Source: Pecten maximus (lineage: Eukaryota). Taken from it: a stretch of DNA of 64,000 nucleotides. Under the pieces are notes generated by a model, which did no database searches, had not been told where the DNA came from, and was given only the letters and a program-made list of their open reading frames with translations. The position numbers and the translations under genes are program-made. This document shows, in pieces, positions 26,970 to 40,050 of the stretch (its first letter is position 1; each line of letters starts with the position of its first letter). The stretch covers positions 11,470,001-11,534,000 of the forward strand of contig NC_047019.1 of NCBI RefSeq assembly GCF_902652985.1, read 5' to 3'.

Positions 26970-28647
26970 AAATAATTTGAACGTCATGTATGGTGAATTA
27001 GACTGGGAGTTGCACATTGGCTTGAATACTGTTAGTATTCTTTCATTGGATTATGCTGTTGATTAAAACTTATATCGATATTAGTGACAGTAGTCTTCGT
27101 CAGACCTGGTTATTTGGCCGAAGTCTACTGGTGTGTTGTATGCTTAGCAAATTTACATTGATATCATAAGTTATTATAATATCTATCGCGGCGTTACACG
27201 CGTTATCAAGATCTTAGTCCAATATATTCCAGAAAACAGCATCTATATACATATCATAAAAATATATACTTATTAATTAACACTTAGTGGTATACGCGAA
27301 CCTGGTGCAATGTGATGCAATTATTAACGTTGAAGAACATTCATGAAGGCATTAATTACAACGTAAATTCTATGCTGTCACAGAAGAAAAAATCGAACAT
27401 ACCGGAAACCCATTATTTAATGAATACGATATTTCAAAGGTGCTAAGTCTGTGACAAAGAATACTTATGATCAATTGAAAACAAGAATATTCTGTTGTTT
27501 ATTATTTACAATGCAAAAAGTTACATACATTACCACCCTCCAGCCGTCTGAGTGCAATACTTACTTATAAATATCTGTGCTACCCAGTCGTAGAGAATAT
27601 CAAAATATTAACCACACTCGGGAAATATATTTTGTATTACTGAAGACACGGTTAGACATCCTCTCTATATATACATTGTATATATCTATATACCTACACA
27701 TATATTTTTTTTTTGGAGAGATCCTGATTGAGCACATGAGCACATATTCCATCATATCTACATTTGAGGTATATAATTATACAGTTATATATTTGTGTCA
27801 ATATTTGATATTTGTATTCCATGTTTTATATTTCAACCTGATATTTTGCTATTAATATTATATAAATATATTAAAATGGCATTATAATAAACGTTCGGGA
27901 AATTGAAAGTTTATGTTGTATGGTTTGTAAGTCTATTTTAAATAAATACTCTTAACTATGCTAATTTGTAAACATTTGCAGATCTAAATAACAGTAACTT
28001 ATCGCACACACTGGTTTTTTTTTTTTTGGGGTGGGGTGGGGGGGGGTTGTTTGTTTGTTTGTTTTTTTTTTTTTTTTTTTTTTGAATTATCATTCGTATA
28101 TGGTCTCTAAAAGTGGCTTAATTATAATCATGATTTTACATTTATCACAGAGCGAAGATAATGTTTATTTTGGGAAGAGAGCAAAATCATTGAAGCGAGA
28201 TCTCGCTTATTAATTAAATAGCTTAACGATAATAATATACCTGAAATGAAAATTTGAAGGGAGATAACTACGCAGAGCTTACGCAAAAGTAATGCGACTG
28301 TTAGTGTGAGTTTTAATGCTAACGGGGGATAACTCCGTCGAACTTAGAGTATTCATCAACCAGTTTCCATTCATTAACATGTCTCGTCGATGTTTAAAAA
28401 GCACTCTAAAATATTTGCTATCCTCAAAAAAAAAAATAATATTTTCTTCATTCCCTGCAAGTTGATGATGTTATATGAGAATGTATTCAGCTGAACAGCA
28501 ATACGTGTACTATGAGTAATCATATTAACTGGATTTATATTTTTCCTTTTTATTATTTTCCTGAAAGTTATAGAATTAAAAAAGACAATAACTTTCCCCC
28601 ATTCTTTTTCATTTCATTGTCCTTCCGTCTGCCAAATATAGACTTCA

Positions 28648-29150
28648 TTTTATCCCACCTATCATCATCAGATGGTGGGCTATTCAAATCGCGCGCGCCC
28701 TACGTCCGTCGACCGTCCATAAACAATCTGGTACTGGAAGGATATTTCTCAAACTTCACATCTTGCTTTTTACAGTCTTTATTTGTGTTCATTTAACTTT
28801 GAGACTTTGAAACTGGTCTTGAAAGAAATCGACAGGCAGTCATTTTTGATTATGGACGGTTTAGGATTGCTGTTTTTATATCTCAGGAAGTTCTTCTTAT
28901 GTAGACCTTCCTTAGATTTCACAGAAATGTTTTCTTTGTTATAAATTCATTAAGAGGAAAAAGAAAAGTAGAGAAATAGTCAGTCTGATATAGAATTCAT
29001 AGAAATATTGAAATGAGGGCGTCAAAATGCCTCTGGAATATCATGTGATCCTTTCCAGCATGTTGTAGATTGAAGATTTAAAAATAAATAGTTTGACAAG
29101 ATTTGATATCATTGGATTCGATGTAGTATTTCTAAAGTTTCCTCAATAAT
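28648..29150 (+). mobile_element. Degenerate Helentron-associated non-autonomous element (HINE-like)
   Basis: Starts at a T-run with a CCCACC..ATCAGATGGTGGGC short IR and a GTCC-type microsatellite remnant, the typical HINE 5' layout. Right boundary is approximate. Confidence 0.5.
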
Positions 29151-29161
29151 CAGGAAATTGT

Positions 29162-29524
29162 CAGTGTGTGCCTTTATCGGGTTCGTACCAGTTCTACCAA
29201 ATAGGTACGGTATTGTATAATGGGACGCAATTGAATCTCAGTGAGCTCCCAAGATGGCGGCCGTCGCTCGCTTAAAAAAATAAAAGCTACTCATAATTTT
29301 CCTTGTTTAGAACCCAACAGATGTAAATATTGACATTTTTTTTCTTTAAATCTCCTCAAATGTGTGACCGTCTCGTTTTTAACAAAATGTACAATATGAC
29401 GAATGAGGCATCATAGTTGCGCCATCTTGGATCTGAATGGTACGTTTCAGGAAACGAACCACAGGTACTAATACAGCGGATTCGTTCCGGTAAACCGGTA
29501 CGAACCCGATAAAGGCACGCACAG
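29162..29524. mobile_element. 363-bp MITE with TIRs of about 30 bp and a 3-bp TGT TSD
   Basis: CAGTGTGTGCCTTTATCGGGTTCGTACC pairs with GGTACGAACCCGATAAAGGCACGCACAG. TGT at 29159-61 and 29525-27. Confidence 0.8.
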
Positions 29525-30789
29525 TGTCTTCCATCTACCCTAGCGGCCTTCATTGGAAGTGGAATGCTTTATGCACCTCCACACGAAAGAACGCCAAGAC
29601 ATTCCACTACCAAAGTTTTAGATTCAGGCATGACAAAAAGCATTCACTACAGCTTTTATTCGAAGCTAACAAGTGGATAAAAACACCAAGTACGAAAATT
29701 ACAGCTCAGCATAGAGAAGTTTTCAAAGCAAGCTAACGTTAGATTTTTTTTTTCGTGAGTCGTATATTAATGTCATACAGGTTATCAAAGCAGTTTTACG
29801 GATGTTATTTGAAATTGTCAAATATAAACTCCATATAAGAAAGTGGTCAAAAATGTCAAATGTCAACTCATTATCACCAATATTGATGTCACCATATATC
29901 TAACCTTTGCGGGTCATATCAAGGTTAAAAGGTTTTTAAGGGACATCAAGTACACCAACCTTATATCAGATTGTGACAGTCTATGCTACATACTGTATCA
30001 ACATTCTCGTAAAACTTTTGTATTTTATTTTCTTCCAAAATGTTTTGTTTCTATCTCCGTGTATATTGAAGATGATTAGGTATTGGCATTGTCATGATCG
30101 GATAGGCCTGACGAAATCAGGGGAACCTACAGAATGGGCAAGATTGCGTTAAACGTTTTATTCTTTAGGGGAAGTGGTATCTTTAAAATTAAATGAACAT
30201 TGATTTTACCCTATTTTTGTGCATTATTATCTTTTTTTTTAAACCTTATTTGATATTTAACGTATCGTTTCCTTGTAGGAGGGTGTGTGACAAAATATAC
30301 ATTATTCTTTAAAAATGATTTTAAATACGCACTTTATATCATTTTTATTCTCATTTATATTACTTTTTCCAGGAAATTGTAGCTAATTTAAATCCCATTT
30401 TTCACCATTCCAAGAATCACCAAATTCTAATTGCGTCGAACAGTGCACATTTGAGCGTTGTCACCATGTGGTGATATTAAATGGTAAGTAGTAATCAGTG
30501 GTAATGAATATTAAAAAAAAATAAAAACATGTCTAAGAAAATTTGCATTCGCATAAAAAATAAAAACAAAAATATTTTTTCGATTGTTGCTACAGTACCT
30601 ACGTCATAGCTGTATATATTTAGTAGACCTCTTGCCGTAACTGTAAATAACCCTTGATTGTTTCACCTGGCTTAGCGGCCTACCTGACAGGTAAAAACCT
30701 CACAGGTGATCAATTCACATCTCGTTATTCAGTCATGACAGGCGAGAACTATAAAACGATTCATATCTAGTATACGAACAGGTCAGCTC

Positions 30790-30903
30790 TGATGTCATCA
30801 CCCATGGCCACCGTCAGTTGTAAGACGAACGCTGATTGGTCAAGAACTCACATTTCCTTGTCAAGGATGTATAAAATAGCAGAGCTCCACATTTGACTTC
30901 AGA
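30790..30903 (+). promoter_or_regulatory. Core promoter of gene A
   Basis: TATAAAA at 30870-76, Inr-like TCAGA with its A at 30901 (31 bp downstream), inverted CCAAT (ATTGG) at about 30835, CRE/ATF-like TGATGTCA at 30790. Confidence 0.7.
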
Positions 30904-30934
30904 CTTCATGTGCTTCCAATACAACTCAGCTAAA

Positions 30935-33900
30935 ATGAAGGTAAGATTTTCGCCATGTAGTTTAGGATATTCTTTAAATATCTATGTTTTTTTATCTTAA
31001 TGATTTATGGTAATTTCAGAAAGTTCAAGTAATATCATCGATACAATATTTGGAATTTCTTATTTATATTTACTGTAACTATTAAAAAACAACAAATCTA
31101 GACAAAGAAAAACATAGCCACTAGTGATTAACGCCTTTTCAATTAAGAATGCAATATCATGTTTGCTGAAAAACAAATCGATAGTTTAATTTGATTACCA
31201 CCTCGCATTAAAATACTCTTCATCAAGATTATCAAAAATGGTATTTCTAAACCCTAATAATTAACGCTTATTATGTACGATACTTCCTCACAAAAACATC
31301 GTCTGTCTTTATTGATTTAATCACATAATGTTATGACAAAAGTATGATTTCTTTTATCGTGAATATTACACAAGCAATTCGATTTTTATATGTTGAAAAT
31401 CGGTCAGTAACTACTATCGGTATGATGGTGATGAGCTTAACTCCTAAATTAGTAGTGAAAACAATTAACTCCTAAATTAGTAGGGAAAACAATTAACTCC
31501 TTAATAATTAGTGAAAACAATTAACTCCTAAATTACAGTAGTAAAAACAAAATGTAATGTAGTTTTTAGTTCTCTTGTTTATTAATTGTTGAGACTGAAA
31601 CATTCTAATCTAGATTAAAACAAGGCTAACAAGTTAGTGATGAATGTATCGTCAGCGTAACTTGATCATTCCCTAAATTAAATTTACCTGTATACTGTTT
31701 TCTATAATGCGCGGATCTGTTGTGTATCATTATCATTTTAGATCATCGTTACTCTAGTTTGCTTTGCTTTGCGATGAAGTAGTCATATCACTCGAAAGTG
31801 TCCGCAGGTACCTTGTAAATACTAGAACAGAGTTGTAATCAATGGATTGGTCTTATTTGTGCTCTGTTTAGCTTATTTGGTCAGATTTCTGTTGTGTTTT
31901 ACTTGACAGAATGTTGTCCAGTAATAGGCGCTGTATTTAAGTCATGTTTCTTGACGCATGTAACAAGAGGCCAAATACAACGAGGCTCTCGACTGGAAGA
32001 AAGTTTCTTACTCTTTATTCGCTTAGTATATTTTCTTCGTATTATTTGGATTTGCGATACATTTTCTCACTCATAACTCGAAATGGTCTTTGGCCTGGCC
32101 TTAATTTCTTGTCATATCATGACCACCTAGCCTCAAAGTATCTACTTATGCAAAATATCGTTGATAGCAACTAGAGGTCCTACAATGACACTCTCCGTTT
32201 GATCAAATAGTTGTGAGTTGTATATTGATATTATAACAAAATTAATATGATGAATCTCCGCCACTGATTAAATGATTAAAATCAATTTGCTAGAGACCAA
32301 CGAGGCCTTTTGCATCTTGTTAAATTAACTGATTCAATTTGAGTGTTGTTTCTCTGAAAACTTGATAAATATTTGTCACGTGATTATAGGTCCTATAACT
32401 TAAAGAAATGCAAAGGTTTCCATTTTTTAATTATAAGAACCTATAGAAAGCAAAAACAACTGGGAAATAAATAAAGAAATGATTTAATAACTAATTAAAT
32501 AAACACATAGATAAATAAAGAAATTAACTTTTTCTTGCTTCTTCCTCAGGTAGTGCTGGTCATTTCCGCCCTGCTGGTGGTGGTTCTTGGACAAGAGGAA
32601 ATCTTAAACGCCCCAGGAATCATAGAGCCTGACATACAACAATGCGAGAAAGAACTATATAGATACCAAACGTGGGATGATGGGATTATGTTCCCCTTGG
32701 GCGTAGTTGCTCACATTCATAAATAGTAAGTATATTGTATATTAAAGCATGCTATTCATGATCGACAGAAAAAAGAATAGTATGTTTTATATATTACCAA
32801 ATCTAGATACAATTTATACTAACACCACCCTCCTAACAACACCCTCCTAAAAATGAAGATCATCTTTTTATCTTTTGAATCTGAAGTGATAGAATGATTA
32901 ATTTCATCTGGAAAAAAAATCTATCGCGGCCGCCTCATTTATTTGTAGGTAGTTTTGGTCTCATATATGCGATCATTTTGGAAGCTATTTTTATGGTTTC
33001 CAATTTTTGTATCGTTGATGCCATTTTTATTCTCAGAAGCAATTAGAAAAATTGTTTTTATTTTGTTATTCTTATTTTCAAAATGAGACATATTTCCACG
33101 TAATGTGGAAAACACAAAACTAAACATAATTCTTTATAATTGGTCAATATGATATGATCCTGTTATGTATAAAGCTTCACGTATATGATGAAACTCGATG
33201 TTGTGCATTTCACTCTTGGTTGTCTAAAATGTCCATGACCATAACAAACATTTTCAAATAGTAGCGTCATTTGATTAACGATTTAATGTATTTAAAAGCA
33301 TCTGTTGTTTTTATAAGTATATTGAGTATAATGTTTGACACCTGATTACAGCTACAAAAAAGAAATCGACAGATCATTCACCATGGATAAGCATCAGCTT
33401 CTCCTTCAAAAGATGGACAACTATTCCAACTACCAAAATTTCGTTCCGGACTTTAGAGGAGAAGGGTAAGTTCGACTCCACTGAAAGTTAAATTAGTTAT
33501 CTTTTGTATACATGTTTGTTTGAAATTAAAATGAAAAAAAGTCAAAATTGAGTTTAATTCCTACGTGATGACGTATAACTCCAATGACACCTTGCAGTTC
33601 ATTGTCGGTATGATATTATTATTTTGCTATATGAATCTAGGTTGACTACGGGTTAGGTCCCATTTTTAAATTTGTCAAGTCTTTTTTTTTTTTTTTTTTT
33701 TTAAGTTTGAATTTTTCAAGTCTTGACATTGAACAGGATTGATGTAGTATCTACAGAGTTACCTTACACATAGTATCTAATTCTTGGTTGTTTTCGTTAA
33801 TTCTATAACATCAAACGCGGTAGTATTGCTCCTATCAATCAATGTATTCGATACTTAGCTGTGTTACTTCTCTATATATCAAATCTTTCAGGGATTTATG

Positions 33901-34817
33901 TGATCGATGATTATTTGAATACAACATGAACAAGTTAAATGAAATTTTACTGCAGCAGAAGACTGCAGCCAAGCAACATGCAAAGTAATGAAATGAAAAT
34001 AATTACAGTTGACCGTTGATTAAAAATCATTAAAATAGAATTAAAAACAAAACTTAATTCTTTTAAACATATCCACCATATTTGTGTGACTGTTGTTTTT
34101 TGTAATAATATCGCCTTCTGATTATTTCGATAAAAAATCGAGTATCGTTTGAAAAAAAATATGATTTGCATTACAGAGGTTTCGAAGACTGCAAAGACTT
34201 GTGTCCATCAATAAGCGTCAATGTGGGTGCTGTGGCGGTTAATAACGTCACTTACGGCATAAATGGCGAACCTGAATTTGGAATCTGTCTCGTTGTCTAT
34301 CCCGAGTTCCAAAACTTCCGATACCAATCATGCGAGTAAGTATCTATTCATTCATGATTTATTTTCGGTAGTAACGTTTGACTTAAGACTGTTTTGTTAT
34401 GCTATTGAAATCGACAACATTTTAACATTTTAAAAGGTTATAAAGAAAATAAACAGTACCACAATCCTTTTATGGCACCGGTAGATCATCAGATGAATAC
34501 AAATGCAATTTCATTTTCCTTTGAATTTCAGGACTCAGCTTGCTTTAAACGTTCCTTGGACAAATGACTTTCAAATGAAATATGCTTGCGTCCCTGATGG
34601 ATTCATCAAAAGGAAACTGATTGTCTATTGTCCCACTGCCCCGATGGGACAGTGTCGGGAAGTAGAGGTCTCTGTCCCTATGGCGTGCAGTCCAAAGTTA
34701 GCTAAATGTACATTCACTGATGCATATGTTAAAAGGAGGAACAATGAAATAGCACTGAAGGCGAGAGCAAACGCGAAAAAAGGAAACAAGTTCTTCTCAA
34801 AGTTTTTGAGAATATAG
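30935..34817 (+). CDS. Gene A: secreted Spaetzle-like cystine-knot pre-pro-protein with a degenerate knot, 246 aa, 5 exons
   Basis: Exons 30935-30940, 32550-32725, 33352-33465, 34177-34335, 34532-34817; all GT-AG, phases 0,2,2,2; 741 nt open to TAG. Signal peptide MKVVLVISALLVVVLG. C-domain LCPS..CLVV..Q..YQSC..YAC..GF..VYCP..VPMACS resembles the Spaetzle pattern. AATAAA at 35152. Confidence 0.88.
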
Positions 34818-35859
34818 AAACAGATGTATGATTATCACAAGATTGAAGAACTGGTTTTAAAACTACCAACAATATCCTTGATGCTATTTAAATGTGTATA
34901 TAGTATTGCCGTATGAGTGTTAATAAGTTAATAAGTACAAATTAGCATTGTATATACCATCAGATATATCATCTGTTACTTTTTTGCATATTCAATATAA
35001 TCTGTTTATGTAATATTATCAACTCTGGTGTTTATTTACTGTGTGTTGACATTTCTGTAATTATGTGTTTACTTGTGATCGATATTTGTGATTTAAATGT
35101 GACTTGTGTTTTTACCTACCCAACGACGTGATATCCGACAGTGGAAAGTGCAATAAAATGTTTCCTGATATACCAGCTTTTGGGTTGTGTTATTTAGATA
35201 TTTATTCCGGAGCCTTGAACCATTTGCTAAACTTCAAGTATTGGAGGTAACAGAGTGGGAAATGAATTTCTAATTCGAGTAACGTACGATCCACGAGTGA
35301 TCAGAATTCGACATAATGGGGTTTACTGTATAAATATGTACATTGAGGCTTTATTTTGTGTAATACGATAAACTCTTTATCGAAAAAGGTATTGAAGAAA
35401 ATTTACTTAAAGAATAATAATTATTGATCTTTGTAGTCTTTTTTTTATGAACACAACAAGAATTATGAAATCTACTATGTACTATATGAAAACATAGAGA
35501 AATGTCGGGTCTGGAAACATACTCGCTTTTCACCTTGGAAATACATAAAGTCCTCTCCCTTTTTCATCTCGACTAACAGGAAATAAAAATCAGTTTATGT
35601 ACGTCTTATTGCATTGTGTGGACACAATAATGTTTACAGATTTAGGAATTTTCAAGCAACATCATTAGCGGTCTACATAATATTTAATATCACGCAAGTT
35701 ATTAAACTCAAACAATTCCTCAAATTTTCTACAAAATTTGTTAGTTTACTAAACACCCTTAGCCACCCTTCATCAATCAAAATATCCGTACTGTCTCTCC
35801 CAAGTTTATTATCTCGTACAATACTAAAGCGACATTGAGACAATTCCAGATTTCCTATG

Positions 35860-36430
35860 CGACTCTACCCGAAACAATATCCTAGGCGACCTTGAGAGCC
35901 TATTTCCTGAAATGATATCCTAATCTAATTCCCCCGAAACAATATCCAAAACGACTTAACCTGAAATGTATCTTAAGCGACCTTGAGAGCCTATTACCTG
36001 GAACAATATCCTAAGCGATCTTTAAAGCCTTCTACCTGAAACCATATGCAACCTTACCTAAAAGAATAACCCGAGCCGCCTTCAGAACCTTTTACCTGAA
36101 ACAATATCATAAGTGACTCTACCAGAAATAATATACTAAACGACTTTACCAGAAACAATATCCTTAGCGACTTTGATAACCTATTACCTGAATTTATATC
36201 CGAAGCGACCTTACCTGAAACGATATCCCAAGCGACCTTGAGAGTCTATTACCTGAAAGAATATACTAAGCGAGCTTCCCTTAAAAAATGTCCTAAGCGA
36301 CTTTGAGAACTGTTGCCTGAAACGATATCCTAAGCGGCATTGAGTCCCTATTACCTGAAACAATATCCTAAGCGGCATTGAGCCCCTATTACCTGAAACA
36401 ATATCCTGAACGGCCTTGAGAACCTATAAC
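35860..36430. repeat. Degenerate tandem repeat of about 26/38 bp (CCTGAAACAATATCCTAAGCGACCTTGAGAGCCTATTA)
   Basis: Recurring core with a variable spacer. Confidence 0.85.
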
Positions 36431-36919
36431 ATTCGACCTAAACAATTTTTTCAAGAAACCCGAATTGAATGAGACCAGTAAATGTAAATTCGAAACAGAT
36501 ACAGTATATGCCCATTCATGAATATAAAACTGCAGCATACAGCTATTACCTGAACGTCTTTCTTTGAATAATCAGTGAGGCTTTAGGATCAAATACTGAA
36601 ATAAAAAATGGAAGCGTGAACAATCGAAAAGGCCTGAATAAATTCTGAAATATAGCAGGCTTGTTGCATTATCCCTATTATGAAAACATGTTTATATCAT
36701 TAATTAGTCAGAAATATATATTTTCCTCATACTAAAACAGCTTTAAAAAAAAGAAGGGTTTGACAAAGGTTAAATATAAGTGAATATCCCAGTGAGTGTT
36801 GTAGGTGATTGGAACAGTCTGTCAAAAGCAGTGTTCAACTTATCAGTTATCTCATCCGTAAGAGATCTGAAAAATATCTGCCCGATTTGTTTCTAGGATT
36901 ACTCATAGATCAACGCATA

Positions 36920-38635
36920 TATAAACACAGCTCCATTGTAGCTAGAGACAGTGACGTCTAGATACACAAGGCTCCACTGTAGCTGGAGACAGTGACGTCT
37001 AGATACACAAGGATCCACTGTAGCTGGAGACAGTGACGTCGAGATAAACAAGGCTTCACTGTAGCTGGAGACAGTGACGTCTAGATAAACAAGGCTGGAC
37101 TGTAGCTAGAGACAGTGACGTCTAGATACACAAGGATCCACTGTAGCTGGACAGAGTGACGTCTAGATAAACAAGGCTTCATTGTAGCTGGAGACAGTGA
37201 CGTCTAGATACACAAGGATCCACTGTAGCTGACAGTGACGTCTAGATAAACAAGGCTTCACTGTAGCTGGAGACAGTGACGTCGAGATAAACAAGACTCG
37301 ACTGTAGCTGGAGACAGTGACGTCTAGATAAACAAGGCTTCACTGTAGCTGGAGACAGTGACGTCTAGATAAACAAGGCTTCACTGTAGCTGGAGATAGT
37401 GACGTCTAGATAAATAAGGCTCCACGGTAGGTGACAGTGACGTCTAGATAAACAAGGCTTCACTGTAGGTGACAGTGACGTCTAGATAAACAAGGCTTCA
37501 CTGCAGCTGGAGATAGTGACGTCTAGATAAACAAGGCTTCACTGCAGCTGGCGATAGTGACGTCTAGATAAATAAGGCTCCACTGTAGCTGGAGACATTG
37601 ACGTCTAGATAAACAAGACTCGACTGTAGCTGGAGACAGTGACGTCTAGATTCTCAAGGATCCACTGTAGCTGACAGTGACGTCTAGATAAACAAGGCTT
37701 CAGTGTAGCTGGACAGAGTGACGTCTAGATAAACAAGGCTTCACTACAGCTGGAGTTAGTGACGTCTTGATAAATAAGGCTCCACTGTAGCTGGAGACAG
37801 TGACGTCTAGATAAACAAGACTGTACTGTAGCTGGAGACAGTGACGTCTAGATACACAAGGATCCACTCTAGCTGACAGTGACGTCTAGATAAACAAGGC
37901 TTCACTGTAGCTGGAGACAGTGACGTCTAGATAAACAAGGCTTCACTGTAGCTGGAGACAGTGACGTCTAGATACACAAGGATCCACTGTAGCTGACAGT
38001 GACGTCTAGATAAACAAGGCTTCCCTGCAGCTGGAGATAGTGACGTCTAGATAAATAAGGAAATTTAGTTTTGCCTACAGCGCAAAATGGAAGCCCACAG
38101 AAAAGGTAAGATAGCGGAAAAACTTAATTTACAACATATGTCCAAACAAGATTAATTCTGTCTTTGGGATAGAGATATTTAATTTTAAATAGGTTTCAGA
38201 AAAAAAATTGTGTAGAGAATTGTGCCATTTTGGGTCAAATATCATAACATTTTGCAATTTTTGAGAATTTTTTAAGCTGTTACCATGGTATTCACAGCTC
38301 TAAAAATCACAGAAAATATCAGTTTACTTATCCTTCAGAGCTCTATTAAAATTACAAATGTTGTACAGATTTCAAATATATATACTTTATTAGAGGTTAT
38401 ATGTAAGGTTAACTGGCAATGTTTACATATCTAAAACATGTGCCATATTTTTCAGAATTTGGCATTTTTACTGTACACTGCTACCTAGATACACAAGGAT
38501 CCACTGTAGCTGACAGTGACGTCTAGATAAACAAGGCTTCATTGTAGCTAGAGACAGTGACGTCTAGATAAACAACGCTCTGCTGTAGGTGGGGACAGTG
38601 ACGTCCACATACACAAGGCTCCACTGTTGCTAGAG
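36920..38635. repeat. 41-bp tandem array (CTAGATAAACAAGGCTTCACTGTAGCTGGAGACAGTGACGT), about 32 copies, interrupted at about 38061-38484
   Basis: Head-to-tail units with 38-bp variants. The array resumes after the insert. Confidence 0.95.
38061..38484. mobile_element. Insertion of about 420 bp (probable DNA-transposon fragment) inside the 41-bp array
   Basis: Unrelated AT-rich sequence with array units on both sides. No clear TIR pair. Confidence 0.5.
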
Positions 38636-38637
38636 AG

Positions 38638-38737
38638 TAGTTTTTTCCCTGGGTACTCCGGCTAATCTCACACTCCAAAACCAGGCACGTCCTTAAATGA
38701 CCCTGGTTATTGATAGGACGTTAAACAAAATAAACCT
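38638..38737 (+). mobile_element. 5'-truncated copy of the V-SINE
   Basis: Matches about 16050-16145: GGGTACTCCGG..CTCCAAAACCAGGCACGTCCTTAAATGACCCTGGTTATTGATAGGACGTTAAACAAAA. Confidence 0.85.
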
Positions 38738-40050
38738 TAATTCAGATGAAATTGCCTTGAAGCGTGAACTTTAAAAGTCGTTTGATAAAATCACATATGA
38801 AATGAAAACTCGTTACACTTATCTATGAATATTTTAAGATATATTGTGCTAAATTCTTGTTACAAATATCATATTGTTATTATTTTGTTAAACAAGAGAA
38901 TACCTCATTTATATTCAGTCATTAATACAATCAATTTACGAGATCATTAAAGTGGATTTCATTCAAAAACCAGTATAGTTTCATTCATCAACAGTGGACT
39001 TAATTAATGAGATAATTAAAGTTGAATAGTGGATTTCATTACTAAATAATCATCTTTTCTTTGTTTTCATGGTAAATACTCAAATGTGATTGGTCGAAAA
39101 ATTCTTTTCATTCTTCTATGAAAGAACTCCCGAGAATGGCGCGAAAATGTGACGTCACAATACGAAAATTGACGTTGCGTATTGATTTGAGTAGAATTGT
39201 ACATAAAACATTTTTTAAAAACAAATTTTGTTTGCACACTTGACGCGGATTCATACAGTTTCAAACAAAATTTGTTTCATACCCCGATGAAACTAAAAAA
39301 AAAATGACATCAAGGTCATTAGCATCACTGAGGAGTCCTAGAAGGACTAAGCATCTGTATGATGCAGGCTAATTTAAGTGTGTCACTACTCAACCTGGCG
39401 CTGCTAATTCTGTACAATTCTTTGACCACTGGACAGACAGGATGTTAGGGTATTGCTTACATTGGTAATGTTTTCATATACTCAAATTTATATCAGCGTA
39501 TATTTCGTATAATTTTAGCGCCATACATATTCTCTATTTTCTACTTGATTGAATTGGTTTATATAAACTTCCACGTTATATATAACTTTTGTACACTGTA
39601 TGATGGACAGTCCTCGACATCAATTATCCTAGCTTCTTTCTTTACTGTCGACTTTGATGTATAATGCCAATTTACCATCTATAATCCTCATGCTCTAACC
39701 ACAGTTTGAAATATTGTTATATTCAACACGATATATCAAGGAGGCGTCGGGGAAAATCCTCCTTTTTAACTTTTTAACTGACAGATTGGTTATGTCTATC
39801 ATAATACTCTATCACATAGTTTTTCTACCAAATCAAACAGTACAGTCCCCTAAGTTAGACTTTGGAATGAGTTCAGTAACTATTTAGTGCTGTACATGGA
39901 AATGCGTTAATATCTTTTATGTTCTTTATACAGCCTTAATTTGAAACATTGTAAAGAAAGTTAAAAGATGTAAGTATCGGTATTAATCTTTAATAGTCCT
40001 TCATGTGCGAAATACGTGCAAAAGCTTATGTCCATATCTAAACCCGTTGT

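Noticed and set aside
34803-34817. FLRI C-terminus as an FLRFamide-like neuropeptide
   Set aside because: No amidating Gly and no repeated peptide copies.
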